A DNA stretch of 64,000 nucleotides from an uncultured bacterium (GCA_937983075.1 CALKAQ010000033.1:4114-68113); one strand, 5' to 3'; counted from the first letter of the stretch, positions 18,298 to 28,708 are shown. The notes: a model not told the origin generated them from the sequence alone. Made by a program: numbers and translations.

Positions 18298-19407
18298 TTA
18301 ACTTTGCAGCGAGAAATACCCGACCAGCCGATGGTTGATTTGTTCCTCAGTATATTCCGGAAACAGGTCGTGTTCGCGTACGAGATCGTACAAGCGTTCC
18401 ATCGGTTCACGTTTGTCTTCGCTCCGAAGCTGTTTGTCTTCCAAAGCTTCCCATGTTTCCAAAATGAACTGCCTTCCGCCGTCCTTTGCGATGCCCTGCT
18501 GCGCGAAGAAGTGCTCCAAGTGAGCGACGTCTTCAAGAAAGCCGTTGCCGAATCTTTCTTTGACCTTGCCGGACAAAAGAGCAATTTCGGCTTCGTACAT
18601 CGGCCGCTGGCTTGCTTTCTCTTTGCCGATCCACGGCGTTTCAAGAATGATGGGCTTATCTTTGAAAACTTCGTGGTTGACGATGTAGTGGAGCGCTCGA
18701 AAACCGATGTGCCCGGATCCGACGGGGGAGTGCCGGTCCTTCCTTGAACCGCGGGGATTCTTGCTGTCGTTGACGTGCAAAACGGCCAGCCGATCGAGTC
18801 CGATGATGCGGTCGAATTCTTCGATCACCCCGTCGAAGTCGTTCACGATGTCGTAACCGGCGTCGTGGACGTGACACGTATCGAAGCACACACTTAAGCG
18901 ATCGTTGTGGGTCGTTTTTTCAATGATGGAGGCCAGCTCCTCAAAAGTGCGGCCGATTTCCGTACCCTTGCCGGCCATGGTCTCCAATGCAATGTGAACG
19001 TCGTGGTCAACGGAAAGGACTTCATTTAAGCCCTCGACGATGCGATTGATCCCGTAGTCGAGATCTTTGTCCGTAAAAGCACCGGGATGGAGCACGATGT
19101 TTTTGACACCGATAAAGGCGGTGCGTTCGATTTCGCTCTGCAAAAATTCCACGGCAAGCGTAAAGACGTTCTTTTTGTATGAGGCAAGGTTGATGATATA
19201 CGGCGCATGGACTACGATGTCATCGATGCCGTGCTTTTCCATGAGAGCAAGTCCTTCGGGAACGTATTGCTCTTCCATTGGCTTGCGCTGGGTGTTTTGC
19301 GGCGCTCCTGTATAGATCATGAACGTGGTTGCACCATAGCTCAGCGCCTCTTCCACCGCGTTGAGCAAACCCTTCTTCGAAAAAGACACGTGGGAACCAA
19401 TTTTCAA
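18298..19407 (-). CDS. nfo: Endonuclease IV (AP endonuclease family 2) with ~85-aa C-terminal extension
   Basis: KIGSHVSF ... HAPYIINL ... [10 protein letters not shown] ... [13 protein letters not shown] ... [10 protein letters not shown] motifs; probable TTG start after GGGAG (track ORF opens at 19485). Confidence 0.8.
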   Translation of the reverse strand: MKIGSHVSFSKKGLLNAVEEALSYGATTFMIYTGAPQNTQRKPMEEQYVPEGLALMEKHGIDDIVVHAPYIINLASYKKNVFTLAVEFLQSEIERTAFIGVKNIVLHPGAFTDKDLDYGINRIVEGLNEVLSVDHDVHIALETMAGKGTEIGRTFEELASIIEKTTHNDRLSVCFDTCHVHDAGYDIVNDFDGVIEEFDRIIGLDRLAVLHVNDSKNPRGSRKDRHSPVGSGHIGFRALHYIVNHEVFKDKPIILETPWIGKEKASQRPMYEAEIALLSGKVKERFGNGFLEDVAHLEHFFAQQGIAKDGGRQFILETWEALEDKQLRSEDKREPMERLYDLVREHDLFPEYTEEQINHRLVGYFSLQS

Positions 19408-19481
19408 AAGCAATGCACTCCCTGTTTCTTTGCTGTAGAAGCGTGGAGACCACAGTCGGCTGCGGCCTCCACGCGCGGTGA

Positions 19482-21350
19482 TCAAACGAAAAGGTCCACG
19501 AGGGAAAAGCCATCGGCTCCTACTTTCACCAGTCCTTTATCGGACATGTGAAGTTCTCGCAGCACGACAAGAGCCAACAGCGAAATCGTCATGAAAGCGT
19601 AGTTCAAATTGCAGCCGGCTTCGACGAGGGCACGGCTGATGTTGCGTGACTGTTCGGCCACACGTTCGTATGGTTCCGGAGACATCAGACCCGCGATGGG
19701 GAGGGGAAGCGTAACACATTGTTGTCCGTCGACTCCCTCCGTGATCACGCAAATCCCGCCGCCTATCTTGGCCAGCTCGTTTCCGGCACGCGCCATCAAC
19801 GCATCGGAATTGCCGATAATCATGAGATTGTGGCTGTCGTGTGCGACCGTCGTCGCAATCGCCGCCGGCACGTTGAAGCCCAATCCCGTCACAATTCCGT
19901 GCGCCATTTTTCCGGATGCGCGATGGCGCTCGATGACCGCGATTTTACATGCATCGACATCTCCCACAGCGTCAACTTGCAGTTGCCCTTGGCTCACCGG
20001 AAGTGTAAGGATGTCTTCGCGGGTTTCCACGGAATTCTCGATCACGCGGATGGCACGTACTTGAGCCGTGCCGCTTTCAAGCGGCGCCTTGATGATGAAA
20101 TCATCGGGCGTCAATTCTTTATGCAGACGAACGGTGTCCATCACTTCCGGCGGATAGTCAAATTGCGGAAGCTCTACGGTCAAACGCCCGTTTTCGGCGA
20201 CGACTTGTCCGGCCGCGATGGTCATGACCACGTTGACGTCGGCAAGGTTGCCGTCAAGCAGGATGATGTCTGCATAAGTGCCGGGCGTCACGCTGCCCAC
20301 ATCACGTGCCACGCCAAAGCGTTCCGCCGGGTTCAAGGTGGCCATTTGGAATGCAGTGATGGGTCGGACCCCTTGCTGGATGGCATGGCGGACGACGAAA
20401 TTCATGTGGCCTTCGTCAATGAGTGATTCCGAGCTGCGGTCGTCGGTGACGAGGATCAGCCGCCGCGGATCGAGGCCGTATTCGGTGTGGGCCCGGATGG
20501 TGGCCGCCACGTCGTGCCACGCTGAACCGCGGCGCATCATGCCGTACATGCCCAGGCGCACCCGCTCGATGATGTCTTCGGCCGTGGTGCTTTCATGGTC
20601 ACCCGTAATGCCTGCTGCCGCATACGCGACGAGCCGATCGTCGGGGGGCCAGGTAAAGTGGCCGTCCGCCACACGTCCCGCCCTGAGAGCAGCTTGAATT
20701 TCGCCGATCATCTTCGCATCGCCGTAAACGACCCCGGGGAAATTCATCACTTCGCCGAGTGCGATGACGTCCGGTCCCCAGCTCATGGCTTCGGCAACTT
20801 CATCGGGACCGATGACGGCACCGGGAGTCTCCAAGTCGAGAGAGCTGGCAGGGACGCACGATGCAACTTGCAAATACGCAGCCAACGGCGTCGTGCGGGC
20901 TTCGTCGAGCATCAGGCGAAGCCCTTGCAGCCCCAGAACGTTCGCAATCTCATGCGCGTCGAAGAAACCGCCGGTTGTGCCGAGCGGCAGGACGGCCCGA
21001 GCAAATTGCGTAACGGTAATCTGGCTGCTTTCGATATGGCAATGGCCGTCCAAAAATCCCGGAGCTATGTAGCGGCCGTCCGCGTCAATGACCGTGGTAT
21101 TGTCGTCGATAGTGAACGGCTCGTTCCGCCCGACATAGGCGATGCGGGAACCTTGAACTGCGACGTTGATGCCGTCCAGAATCTCACCCGAACACACATT
21201 GACGAGTCGGCCGTTGCGAATGACCAACGTCGCCGGGAGATCCCCCCGGGCTGTCGCCACGAGACGTGGAACCATGTCCGCAAGCGGCTCGCGTTTGAAA
21301 GGGGTGGTATTGTTGTTGGATTGAGCGGTCAAGAGGAATTCCCCCTCCAT
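19482..21350 (-). CDS. ade: Adenine deaminase
   Basis: [11 protein letters not shown] ... [12 protein letters not shown] metal-site motifs and full-length similarity to AdeC; start ambiguous (21350 or 21275; track ORF to 21437). Confidence 0.8.
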   Translation of the reverse strand: MEGEFLLTAQSNNNTTPFKREPLADMVPRLVATARGDLPATLVIRNGRLVNVCSGEILDGINVAVQGSRIAYVGRNEPFTIDDNTTVIDADGRYIAPGFLDGHCHIESSQITVTQFARAVLPLGTTGGFFDAHEIANVLGLQGLRLMLDEARTTPLAAYLQVASCVPASSLDLETPGAVIGPDEVAEAMSWGPDVIALGEVMNFPGVVYGDAKMIGEIQAALRAGRVADGHFTWPPDDRLVAYAAAGITGDHESTTAEDIIERVRLGMYGMMRRGSAWHDVAATIRAHTEYGLDPRRLILVTDDRSSESLIDEGHMNFVVRHAIQQGVRPITAFQMATLNPAERFGVARDVGSVTPGTYADIILLDGNLADVNVVMTIAAGQVVAENGRLTVELPQFDYPPEVMDTVRLHKELTPDDFIIKAPLESGTAQVRAIRVIENSVETREDILTLPVSQGQLQVDAVGDVDACKIAVIERHRASGKMAHGIVTGLGFNVPAAIATTVAHDSHNLMIIGNSDALMARAGNELAKIGGGICVITEGVDGQQCVTLPLPIAGLMSPEPYERVAEQSRNISRALVEAGCNLNYAFMTISLLALVVLRELHMSDKGLVKVGADGFSLVDLFV

Positions 21351-21564
21351 CGTTGATGAAATCTCACCCAAGGGTGGCCGGTGGACTCTTACACAATCGG
21401 CATCATAATCCCTGCCAAATTGAGTGGAGCTTCCCATATGATTCGCATGTTATCATGATGACAAGCCCACCTTTAGGAAGCGCAGGAAGGGGTAACGCAT
21501 TATCAAACCTTCACAACTTGTACAGCGATTTCAGGCTGCCCGGCGGGATGCAAGCCTCGCCGTA

Positions 21565-22284
21565 TTGGAAGGATTTCATCCGTTAAAACATGCGCTGCGT
21601 TTCGGAGCTGTCGTAGAAACCGTCGTGACGTGGCAGCCGAAGCTCCTTGAAGAGCTTGGCGAAATGCTTGCTCCCGATGTGGCTCAAGAAATTCAAAAGC
21701 GCCTGATCACGGTGGACGAGGCGACGTTTCGCCAACTCGCTCCGCAGCCGCCGAGAACCGGTGTGATTTCATTGGCCCAGCGACCTCAAGTCAACGCGCA
21801 GGAGCTGTTGCTGGCCGATCGTCAGGCTCCGCTGCTCGTGCTGGAGCGACCGGCCGATTTGGGCAACATCGGCGCGGCGATACGCGTGGCGGCAGGCGCA
21901 GGAGCCAGTGGCGTAGTGACAACGGGACCGAATGATCCATGGCATGCGGCAGCCATTCGCGGTGCTGCCGGACTGCAGTATGCCTTGCCGGTCGGACGTG
22001 TTGAATCGCTCACCGACGTCAACGGACCGTTGCTTGCGGTTCATCCGGAAGGCGAAACGCTGGTGCCCGGACTCATTCCTCCGAATGCCGTTCTCGTTTT
22101 CGGTTCGGAACGGCGGGGTCTCAGCGACGCCATGTTGTCTCGCGTGGAGCGCCCCATTGCGATACCGATGGAACCAGGCGTGTCGAGCTTGAACTTGGCA
22201 ACCTCCGTCGCGATCATGTTGTATACGTGGCGTCTCTGGCAAGCTTTCGGAGGAGAGCGGCGGCAGGAGGTGCATGGTACGTGA
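21565..22284 (+). CDS. TrmH/SpoU-family RNA 2'-O-methyltransferase (RlmB-like)
   Basis: SPOUT fold motifs ([39 protein letters not shown]); apparent TTG start. Confidence 0.75.
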   Translation: MEGFHPLKHALRFGAVVETVVTWQPKLLEELGEMLAPDVAQEIQKRLITVDEATFRQLAPQPPRTGVISLAQRPQVNAQELLLADRQAPLLVLERPADLGNIGAAIRVAAGAGASGVVTTGPNDPWHAAAIRGAAGLQYALPVGRVESLTDVNGPLLAVHPEGETLVPGLIPPNAVLVFGSERRGLSDAMLSRVERPIAIPMEPGVSSLNLATSVAIMLYTWRLWQAFGGERRQEVHGT

Positions 22285-22613
22285 AACATTGGCTGCTCCT
22301 GTTTTTCGCCATTCTGAGCGAGGTCATCGCCACTTCGGCGTTGAAAGCAAGCGACGGCTTCAGCAGATTTTGGCCTTCTGCTATCGTTGTCGCGGGGTAC
22401 AGCGTCGCTTTTTACCTTCTTTCGTTGACGCTCCGGACGCTTCCGGTCGGTGTGGCTTACGCCGTCTGGTCCGGCGTCGGTTTGGCACTGATTACAGCCA
22501 CAGCCTGGGTTCTTTACGGCCAGAAGCTCGATGCCGCTGCGATCATCGGCATGTTGCTCATCTTGGCAGGCGTAGTCGTCATCAACGCGTTTTCACGGAC
22601 GACAACCGTATGA
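22281..22613 (+). CDS. SMR-family small multidrug efflux protein (EmrE/QacE/SugE-like)
   Basis: Aligns with EmrE ([15 protein letters not shown] ... WSGVG); GTG start after GGAGGTG; overlaps upstream stop (GTGA). Confidence 0.8.
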   Translation: MKHWLLLFFAILSEVIATSALKASDGFSRFWPSAIVVAGYSVAFYLLSLTLRTLPVGVAYAVWSGVGLALITATAWVLYGQKLDAAAIIGMLLILAGVVVINAFSRTTTV

Positions 22614-22647
22614 CGAGCCAATATGTGATATAGAACGGAGTGTTACC

Positions 22648-24135
22648 TTGCGAATACAAGTTTACCAAGGCAACGTCACCGAAGTTCAAGTCGACGCTTT
22701 GATCGTCAATTTGTTTGAAGGCGTTCAGCATCCGGGAGGTGCAACCGGAGCCGTCGATCAACAAATCGGCGGTCTGATCAGCAAAATTATCGCCAACGGC
22801 GAATTTACCGGGAAACTGAATGAAACCGCCGTCATTTACCTTTCCGACGAAATGCCGTTTCGCAAGGTGGTCGTCGTAGGCCTCGGCAAGCGGGAAGAAT
22901 TTTCCCCCGAGCGGGTGCGCCAAGTAACGGCTGCGGCTTTCAGGACTGCAGCCAAGGGGAAATGCACTCGAATCGGCACAATTTTGCACGGCGCCGGAAT
23001 CGGAGGCCTGGACGTCAAAGAAGCGGCACAATGTTTAGCCGAAGGGGCTATCTTGGGTCAATATCGCTACGATGTGTACAAGAGCGATCCGGAATCCCGC
23101 GAGCCGATAGAGCTTTGGGTCATCGAAAGAGACCCAAGCAAGCTGGAGGCTTTGGAAGCAGGTTTGCAGCGAGGCACCGTTCTCGCTCAGGCCGCTAATT
23201 TCGCCCGTGACCTCGTCAATGCGCCGGGAAATGAGTTGACGCCCACCGCATTGGCCGAGCGGGCGAGAGCGATGGCGGAGGAAGTCGGGCTGGATTGCAC
23301 CGTTTTGGACCGGGATGAACTAGAGCGCCTCGGCATGGGGGCCTTGCTTGCTGTGGCCAAGGGGAGCGCAGAGCCGCCCAAACTCGTCGTGCTGCGCTAC
23401 AAAGGCAGCGAGCGCGAACAGCCCGTGGCACTGGTGGGCAAAGGCGTGACGTTTGATTCGGGAGGAATCAGCCTCAAGCCGAGCGCCGGCATGGCGGAGA
23501 TGAAAGGGGACATGGCCGGCGCCGCCGCGGTGTTGGGCGCTATGAAAGCAATCGCCCAACTGCAGCCGAAGGAGCATGTCATCGGCATCATCGCCTGTGT
23601 GGAGAACATGCCCTCGGGTACGGCGTTGAAACCCGGCGATATCGTTCGCTCCATGACGGGGAAAACCATCGAAATTGACAACACCGATGCGGAAGGGCGG
23701 CTGATTCTCGCTGACGCCGTAGCCTACGCTGAGTCATTGGGCGCTCATACCATTGTCGACGTCGCGACGCTGACAGGTGCTTGCATCATCGCATTGGGGA
23801 ACGTCTATACCGGTGCAGTCGGCAATAACTCGACCTTGGCGGATGAAGTGATCGAAGCGGGCAGGAAAGCCGGTGAACGCATATGGCAGCTGCCGGCCGA
23901 TCCGGAATATAAGGAGCAGTACAAGAGCGACGTCGCCGACATCAAAAACACCGGCGGACGCGAAGCGGGTGCCATCACCGGTGCATTGATCATCGGCGAG
24001 TTTGTCAAAGAAGCTCGCTGGCTTCATTTGGACATCGCAGGAACTGCCTGGACCGGAAAAGAGAAGCATTACATCGCCAAAGGGGGAACGGGAGTCGCCG
24101 TCCGCACCCTCGCGGAATGGATTTGCCAAGCTTAA
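22648..24135 (+). CDS. pepA: Leucyl aminopeptidase (M17 family)
   Basis: VGKGVTFDSGGISLKP and NTDAEGRL M17 signatures; TTG start. Confidence 0.85.
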   Translation: MRIQVYQGNVTEVQVDALIVNLFEGVQHPGGATGAVDQQIGGLISKIIANGEFTGKLNETAVIYLSDEMPFRKVVVVGLGKREEFSPERVRQVTAAAFRTAAKGKCTRIGTILHGAGIGGLDVKEAAQCLAEGAILGQYRYDVYKSDPESREPIELWVIERDPSKLEALEAGLQRGTVLAQAANFARDLVNAPGNELTPTALAERARAMAEEVGLDCTVLDRDELERLGMGALLAVAKGSAEPPKLVVLRYKGSEREQPVALVGKGVTFDSGGISLKPSAGMAEMKGDMAGAAAVLGAMKAIAQLQPKEHVIGIIACVENMPSGTALKPGDIVRSMTGKTIEIDNTDAEGRLILADAVAYAESLGAHTIVDVATLTGACIIALGNVYTGAVGNNSTLADEVIEAGRKAGERIWQLPADPEYKEQYKSDVADIKNTGGREAGAITGALIIGEFVKEARWLHLDIAGTAWTGKEKHYIAKGGTGVAVRTLAEWICQA

Positions 24136-24169
24136 ATTCATTCCCTTGCTGCTTCGCGTCGTCATGATT

Positions 24170-24208
24170 CTCCGCAGACCATCTTGTGGCTGCGGGGGAT
24201 TTTTTTAT
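24170..24208 (+). terminator. Intrinsic terminator after pepA
   Basis: CCGCAG-loop-CUGCGG hairpin followed by GGGAUUUUUUUAUU. Confidence 0.55.
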
Positions 24209-24257
24209 TGACTAGGGCGCGTCCGAACGGATACAATACAGTTAAACAATTGTTTAA
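24208..24257 (+). promoter_or_regulatory. Sigma-A type promoter (TTGACT-18-TACAAT) with 16-bp perfect palindrome operator TTAAACAATTGTTTAA overlapping the transcription start; presumed CadC autoregulatory site
   Basis: -35 about 24208-24213, -10 about 24232-24237, palindrome about 24242-24257, immediately upstream of the ArsR/CadC gene. Confidence 0.5.
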
Positions 24258-24281
24258 TCGTTTTGAGGGGACGTGGAATCC

Positions 24282-24650
24282 ATGACATTGCCGGCTCATT
24301 CCGCTGTCGATTGCTGCGATCAATTTGATCCAACTTCTCCCGACGCCAAAGAAGCTCTGCGCCAAAAGCTCGTGGAAGTGGCGGGGCTGTCTGAACTGTT
24401 CAAGGCGTTGGCCGATGAAACGCGCATGCAAATTTTGTACCTGCTCTCGTTGCAAGAACTTTGCGTTTGTGACATCGCCGAGATTATGGACATGAGTCTG
24501 CCGGCGGTTTCTCACCATCTGCGCCTGCTGAAGATGATGCGAATCGTCAAGTATCGCCGCGAAGGGAAAAACGTCTACTATTCGCTGGATGACCATCACG
24601 TATTGGGGCTGATCCAGCTCGCTTTGGAACATTACGCCGAAGAACGCTAG
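24282..24650 (+). CDS. cadC: ArsR/SmtB-family metal-sensing repressor, CadC-like
   Basis: N-terminal Cys pair (DCC), ELCVCDIA alpha-3 metal-site motif, HTH ...SHHLRLLK; GAGGGGA RBS. Confidence 0.8.
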   Translation: MTLPAHSAVDCCDQFDPTSPDAKEALRQKLVEVAGLSELFKALADETRMQILYLLSLQELCVCDIAEIMDMSLPAVSHHLRLLKMMRIVKYRREGKNVYYSLDDHHVLGLIQLALEHYAEER

Positions 24651-24675
24651 TCGGTGGACAGAGGAGACGTGTATC

Positions 24676-26847
24676 ATGCCAAAGGCCGCTGCGAACGCAC
24701 AACATGAACGCGTTACGGATTTTTGGGTGGAAGGCATCACCTGCCTGGACTGCGCCGCGAAGTTTGAGCGCAACGTCGCAGCGCTGCCCGGTGTAGCCCA
24801 AGCGACGTTGAACCACGCAACCGGAAAGCTGACGGTCGTCGGTGACGCGGATCTGCAGGCGATTCGCGCACTCGGCAAAGCCGAAAACTACGTCATCCAT
24901 TCCGCCCCCAGGCAAGCGGACGCGAAGCGACGCCGCTCCGCTCTCCAACCGGAGCTGATCCGTGCGATCGTTTCGGGCTTGGCGCTCTCAGCGGCGGTCG
25001 TACTGGAAGAAGGCTTCGGTGCCGCCGCCTTTTGGACCATTCCCCTCTACATCCTCGCTGTCGTCATTGGCGGCTGGGGAAATGCTCGCAAAGCGTTCTA
25101 TGCGCTGCCGCGCCTCCATTTCAACATGAGCGTGTTGATGACCGTCGCGGTCATTGGCGCCATGATCATCGGCGAGTGGACGGAAGGTGCCCTGGTCGCA
25201 TTCTTGTTCGCCGTCTCGGAGACGCTGGAAACTTGGACCTTCACCCGCGCACGCCGCTCCATACGTGAACTCATGGATGCAGCTCCGCGCGTCGCCACGG
25301 TGCGCCGTGACAGTGGAGAGATGACGGTTGATGTCCGGTCGGTTCACGTCGGGGACGTGATGATTGTGCGTCCCGGCGAAAAAATTTCGCTCGACGGCAC
25401 TATCGTCAAAGGCACGTCATCGATCGATGAAGCGCCGATTACGGGCGAGTCGGTACCGGTAGAGAAAGGACCGGGAGATTCCGTTTACGCCGGGACGCTC
25501 AATACCTTCGGTGTGCTCGAAGTGCGAGTCACCAAGCGCTCGGAAGACACAACCCTCGCCAAGATCCTCACGCTGGTGGAAGAAGCCCAAACTAAACGAG
25601 CGTCGGCACAAGCATTTGTCGACCGTTTTGCGGCCGTATACACTCCCATTGTGATGGCCCTTGCCGGCGGCATCGCCGTGCTGCCTCCGCTCGTTTTGGG
25701 GTTGGAGTGGAGCGAGTGGGTGTATCGCGGGCTGGCTTTGCTCGTCGTCGCTTGTCCTTGCGCTTTGGTCGTTTCGAGTCCTGTCGTCATCGTCAGCGCC
25801 ATCAGCAACGCCGCACGCCACGGTGTACTGATCAAAGGGGGAATCCACCTCGAAGAAACTGCAGCAGTCGAAGCCGTGGCTTTTGACAAAACCGGCACGC
25901 TGACGGCTGGAAAACCCGTCGTGACGGATATCATTCCGGCGTCGGGCCAGACCGAAGAAGCATTGCTCCGAACGGCCATGAGCGTTGAAGTGCATTCGGA
26001 ACATCCGTTGGCCAAAGCGGTCGTCGAGGCGGCCAAACGGCAAGGCATGGAGCCGGCGGACGTCGACCGGTTCAAAGCGATCAGCGGGCGCGGTGTGACC
26101 GCCACGCTGAACGGGAAAAACATTTTAGTCGGCAGCGAGCGCCTGTTGCTCGAAAACGGATACGCCCTCGGCGAGATCGAGGACGACATTCAACGTCTCC
26201 AAGGGGAAGGCAAGACGGTCATCCTCGTTGGCGCTGACCACGTGCTGTTAGGATTGCTTGCGATCGCGGATCAGCCCCGAGCATATACTCGTAATGCGCT
26301 GCAGGCCCTGAAAGAGGCCGGGGTGAAACACACCGTCATGCTGACCGGAGACCACGAACTCGCCGCCCGGCACGTTGCCGCTGTCGTCGGTGTCGATGAT
26401 TATATCGCCGGTTTGCTGCCGGATGAAAAAGCGAAAGCCGTGCGGCAGCTGCAGGAACGTTACGGGAAAGTCGCCATGGTCGGCGACGGGATTAATGACG
26501 CGCCGGCTTTGGCGACGGCGACGGTCGGCATCGCCATGGGGAGCGCCGGAACCGACGCCGCTTTGGAGACCGCCGACATTGCGCTCATGGCAGACGATCT
26601 CACCAAACTGGCGTACATCATCCGGCTGAGCCGTCAAGCGATGCGTGTCATGAAGCAAAACATCTATTTTTCGGTGCTGATCAAGCTGGTGGCCATTTTG
26701 GCGGTGTTCCCCGGCTGGCTGACGCTGTGGCTGGCGATTTTGTCCGACATGGGAGCGACAGTGCTCGTCACGTTGAACGGCATGCGGCTGTTATCGGTGC
26801 GCAACACTGAAGGTCGCGCGTCGCATCGAGTCGTCACGCATGTCTAG
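24676..26847 (+). CDS. cadA: Heavy-metal (Cd/Zn/Pb-type) translocating P1B-type ATPase
   Basis: N-terminal metal-binding domain with CxxC, CPC transmembrane motif, DKTGTLT phosphorylation site, GDGINDAP hinge. Confidence 0.85.
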   Translation: MPKAAANAQHERVTDFWVEGITCLDCAAKFERNVAALPGVAQATLNHATGKLTVVGDADLQAIRALGKAENYVIHSAPRQADAKRRRSALQPELIRAIVSGLALSAAVVLEEGFGAAAFWTIPLYILAVVIGGWGNARKAFYALPRLHFNMSVLMTVAVIGAMIIGEWTEGALVAFLFAVSETLETWTFTRARRSIRELMDAAPRVATVRRDSGEMTVDVRSVHVGDVMIVRPGEKISLDGTIVKGTSSIDEAPITGESVPVEKGPGDSVYAGTLNTFGVLEVRVTKRSEDTTLAKILTLVEEAQTKRASAQAFVDRFAAVYTPIVMALAGGIAVLPPLVLGLEWSEWVYRGLALLVVACPCALVVSSPVVIVSAISNAARHGVLIKGGIHLEETAAVEAVAFDKTGTLTAGKPVVTDIIPASGQTEEALLRTAMSVEVHSEHPLAKAVVEAAKRQGMEPADVDRFKAISGRGVTATLNGKNILVGSERLLLENGYALGEIEDDIQRLQGEGKTVILVGADHVLLGLLAIADQPRAYTRNALQALKEAGVKHTVMLTGDHELAARHVAAVVGVDDYIAGLLPDEKAKAVRQLQERYGKVAMVGDGINDAPALATATVGIAMGSAGTDAALETADIALMADDLTKLAYIIRLSRQAMRVMKQNIYFSVLIKLVAILAVFPGWLTLWLAILSDMGATVLVTLNGMRLLSVRNTEGRASHRVVTHV

Positions 26848-26862
26848 CGCACATTTCCTTCG

Positions 26863-26939
26863 TTGACATTTTTCCCCTTGACACAAGTCATCCGAGAGAA
26901 TTACAATATGAGTGCACTATGTACCTAGTGCACTCATAT
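26863..26939 (+). promoter_or_regulatory. Promoter (TTGACA-18-TACAAT) overlapped by a 14-6-14 perfect inverted repeat ATATGAGTGCACTA-TGTACC-TAGTGCACTCATAT
   Basis: Direct reading; contains two GTGCAC cores 16 bp centre-to-centre; upstream of hypothetical secreted protein gene. Confidence 0.45.
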
Positions 26940-26965
26940 TCATTTTCTGAAAGGAGCGGATCATC

Positions 26966-27709
26966 GTGTCGCGAACCGTGCGATTTTCGGTTTATGTCGG
27001 ACTTCTCGCAGCCTTATGGGCAGGAATGTCCTTGGGCGCATGGGCAAATGAAAGTGCCTTCAGCCCAGACGTCCACGAACTTTCCGATTCGAAGCTGCCT
27101 CTCGAGCAATTGGCCGCCAAATTGTTGGCCGCCAGATTGGATGAAGAAACCGCCGAGAGACTGGGTTACATTTTATATGAGCTCAATCAGCTGCTGGAGC
27201 CGGAAGATCTGCTGACGATTCTGCAATTGCTCGCGGTCAGAACGGAAAGATCGCATAGCGTCACTGCTTATGCCATGGCGGAACCGCTGACGGTTGTGGA
27301 AGAAACATCGACGCTGCGCCTACCGGCGGCAAGTGAAATACGCAGCATCGCCGTCGCACCGGCAATTCAACTCCGTCCGTATTTGCTCACCGAGCGCGTG
27401 GTGGCAACGGACGCGTCTCCGCGCCGGGCGCTGGCCGCTCGAGCAGTTGTCGGCGGACACCTGCCCGTGGTACAGCCTGCTGCAGCTCAACCTGACGTCC
27501 CCGCGTTGATTCAACAGCTGAACGCCGCGCTGCAAAATCCCGCCTTGGAATGGCGCCTGCCGGACGGCACCCGGCTTCGTCCGCGCATCATCATCGAACT
27601 CGTCCCAATGGACGAACCTCGTGTTGATCGAGGGAGCGCTCGGGCGCTGATACCGGAAAGCGCCGTCACCGAACGGGTCATCATCCAAGATGTCCTGATC
27701 GACGAATAA
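26966..27709 (+). CDS. Hypothetical secreted protein
   Basis: GTG start after AAAGGAGCGG; signal peptide; no recognised domain. Confidence 0.5.
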   Translation: MSRTVRFSVYVGLLAALWAGMSLGAWANESAFSPDVHELSDSKLPLEQLAAKLLAARLDEETAERLGYILYELNQLLEPEDLLTILQLLAVRTERSHSVTAYAMAEPLTVVEETSTLRLPAASEIRSIAVAPAIQLRPYLLTERVVATDASPRRALAARAVVGGHLPVVQPAAAQPDVPALIQQLNAALQNPALEWRLPDGTRLRPRIIIELVPMDEPRVDRGSARALIPESAVTERVIIQDVLIDE

Positions 27710-27823
27710 CCGTGACGGGGGAAAGGAGCACTTCGCTCCTTTCTCCCTGAACACGGCTGCATTGAAGGCGCGGCCTCCTCGTATTCATGAACGAGAAATG
27801 CGATACGAAGGAGGCGGCCGCCA

Positions 27824-28102
27824 ATGCTGCGCTGGATCAAAGGATTGACTTTGTTGGGAAACGTCCTGGGGACGATTGTGGTCGTATCGGGGCTCATCCG
27901 TTATTTCTTTGAAGGTCAAACCGTCGGCATCCTTATCGCCCTGGCGATCGTCATCGTCGGCCCGTTGGAAGACGTCCTCAAAAGAAAGGTGCGTAACCAT
28001 CCCGGCGGAGAAAAAGGCGAGGCTTGGGCTACCGTCGTCGATCTCATGACGAGTATCGCCTTCCTCGTGCTGCTCGGTTGGGTTGTTTTGATAGCATCAT
28101 AA
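27824..28102 (+). CDS. Small membrane protein (92 aa)
   Basis: GAAGGAGG RBS; two hydrophobic helices. Confidence 0.5.
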   Translation: MLRWIKGLTLLGNVLGTIVVVSGLIRYFFEGQTVGILIALAIVIVGPLEDVLKRKVRNHPGGEKGEAWATVVDLMTSIAFLVLLGWVVLIAS

Positions 28103-28142
28103 CCTTCTGAAGCAAAGGAGCGAGGCACGACAGCTTCCTCGC

Positions 28143-28199
28143 TTGACAAAATATGCGGGCCGACGTATGCTTTTTGTGCACTAGGTATATGGTGCACTA
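28143..28199 (+). promoter_or_regulatory. Promoter (TTGACA-17-TATGCT) followed by GTGCACTA-N8-GTGCACTA repeat (two GTGCAC cores 16 bp apart) upstream of the YtrA-type regulator
   Basis: Direct reading; same core spacing as the site at 26906-26939. Confidence 0.45.
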
Positions 28200-28273
28200 A
28201 TTCGTTCAACTTATCACCGCGATATCCGGATCATATGGAGTAGAGCGCCCGGACGAAGAAAAGAGGTGAAACG

Positions 28274-28708
28274 GTGCGCTTGGATTTTGATCCGTCCAAA
28301 CCGATTTACCAACAAATCATCGATGAATTCAAGCGAGCAGTCGCTCGCGGCGATTTGAAGCCCGGTGAAAAGATACCAGCGCAGCGAGAAATGGCACAAA
28401 TGGCCGGTGTCAATCCAAATACCGTACAGCGTGCGTACAGGGAGATGGAGCAGATGGGAATCGTGGAAACGCTGCGTGGTCAAGGGACGTTCATCCGTCA
28501 GGACTTGACGGCGTTGACGTCCATCCGAGAAGAAATGGCGCAGTTGGCTGTCGACAAGTTTGTTGAGGAAATGCGCGGCCTAGGGTTTGGAGACTGGGAC
28601 ATCTTGGCCATCGCTGCCCGCCGTCTCGGTATCGCGCCGCCGGGGGACAACAACTTAAAGAAAAACGACAAAGGGGGAACCGATGCGAATGCGGGCGACC
28701 CAAATTAA
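28274..28708 (+). CDS. GntR-family transcriptional regulator, short YtrA subfamily
   Basis: GntR winged HTH (PGEKIPAQREMAQMAGVNPNTVQRAYREME) with short C-terminal domain; GTG start after AAGAGGTGA. Confidence 0.8.
   Translation: MRLDFDPSKPIYQQIIDEFKRAVARGDLKPGEKIPAQREMAQMAGVNPNTVQRAYREMEQMGIVETLRGQGTFIRQDLTALTSIREEMAQLAVDKFVEEMRGLGFGDWDILAIAARRLGIAPPGDNNLKKNDKGGTDANAGDPN

Noticed and set aside
21496-21564. Possible N-terminal extension of the TrmH-family gene (in-frame upstream codons read RIIKPSQLVQRFQAARRDASLAV, vaguely like a SpoU substrate-binding N-domain)
   Set aside because: There is no ATG/GTG/TTG in that frame after the upstream stop. It would require an ATT/ATC start. Similarity is weak (no NP-x-VK motif). 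Kept the TTG at 21565.
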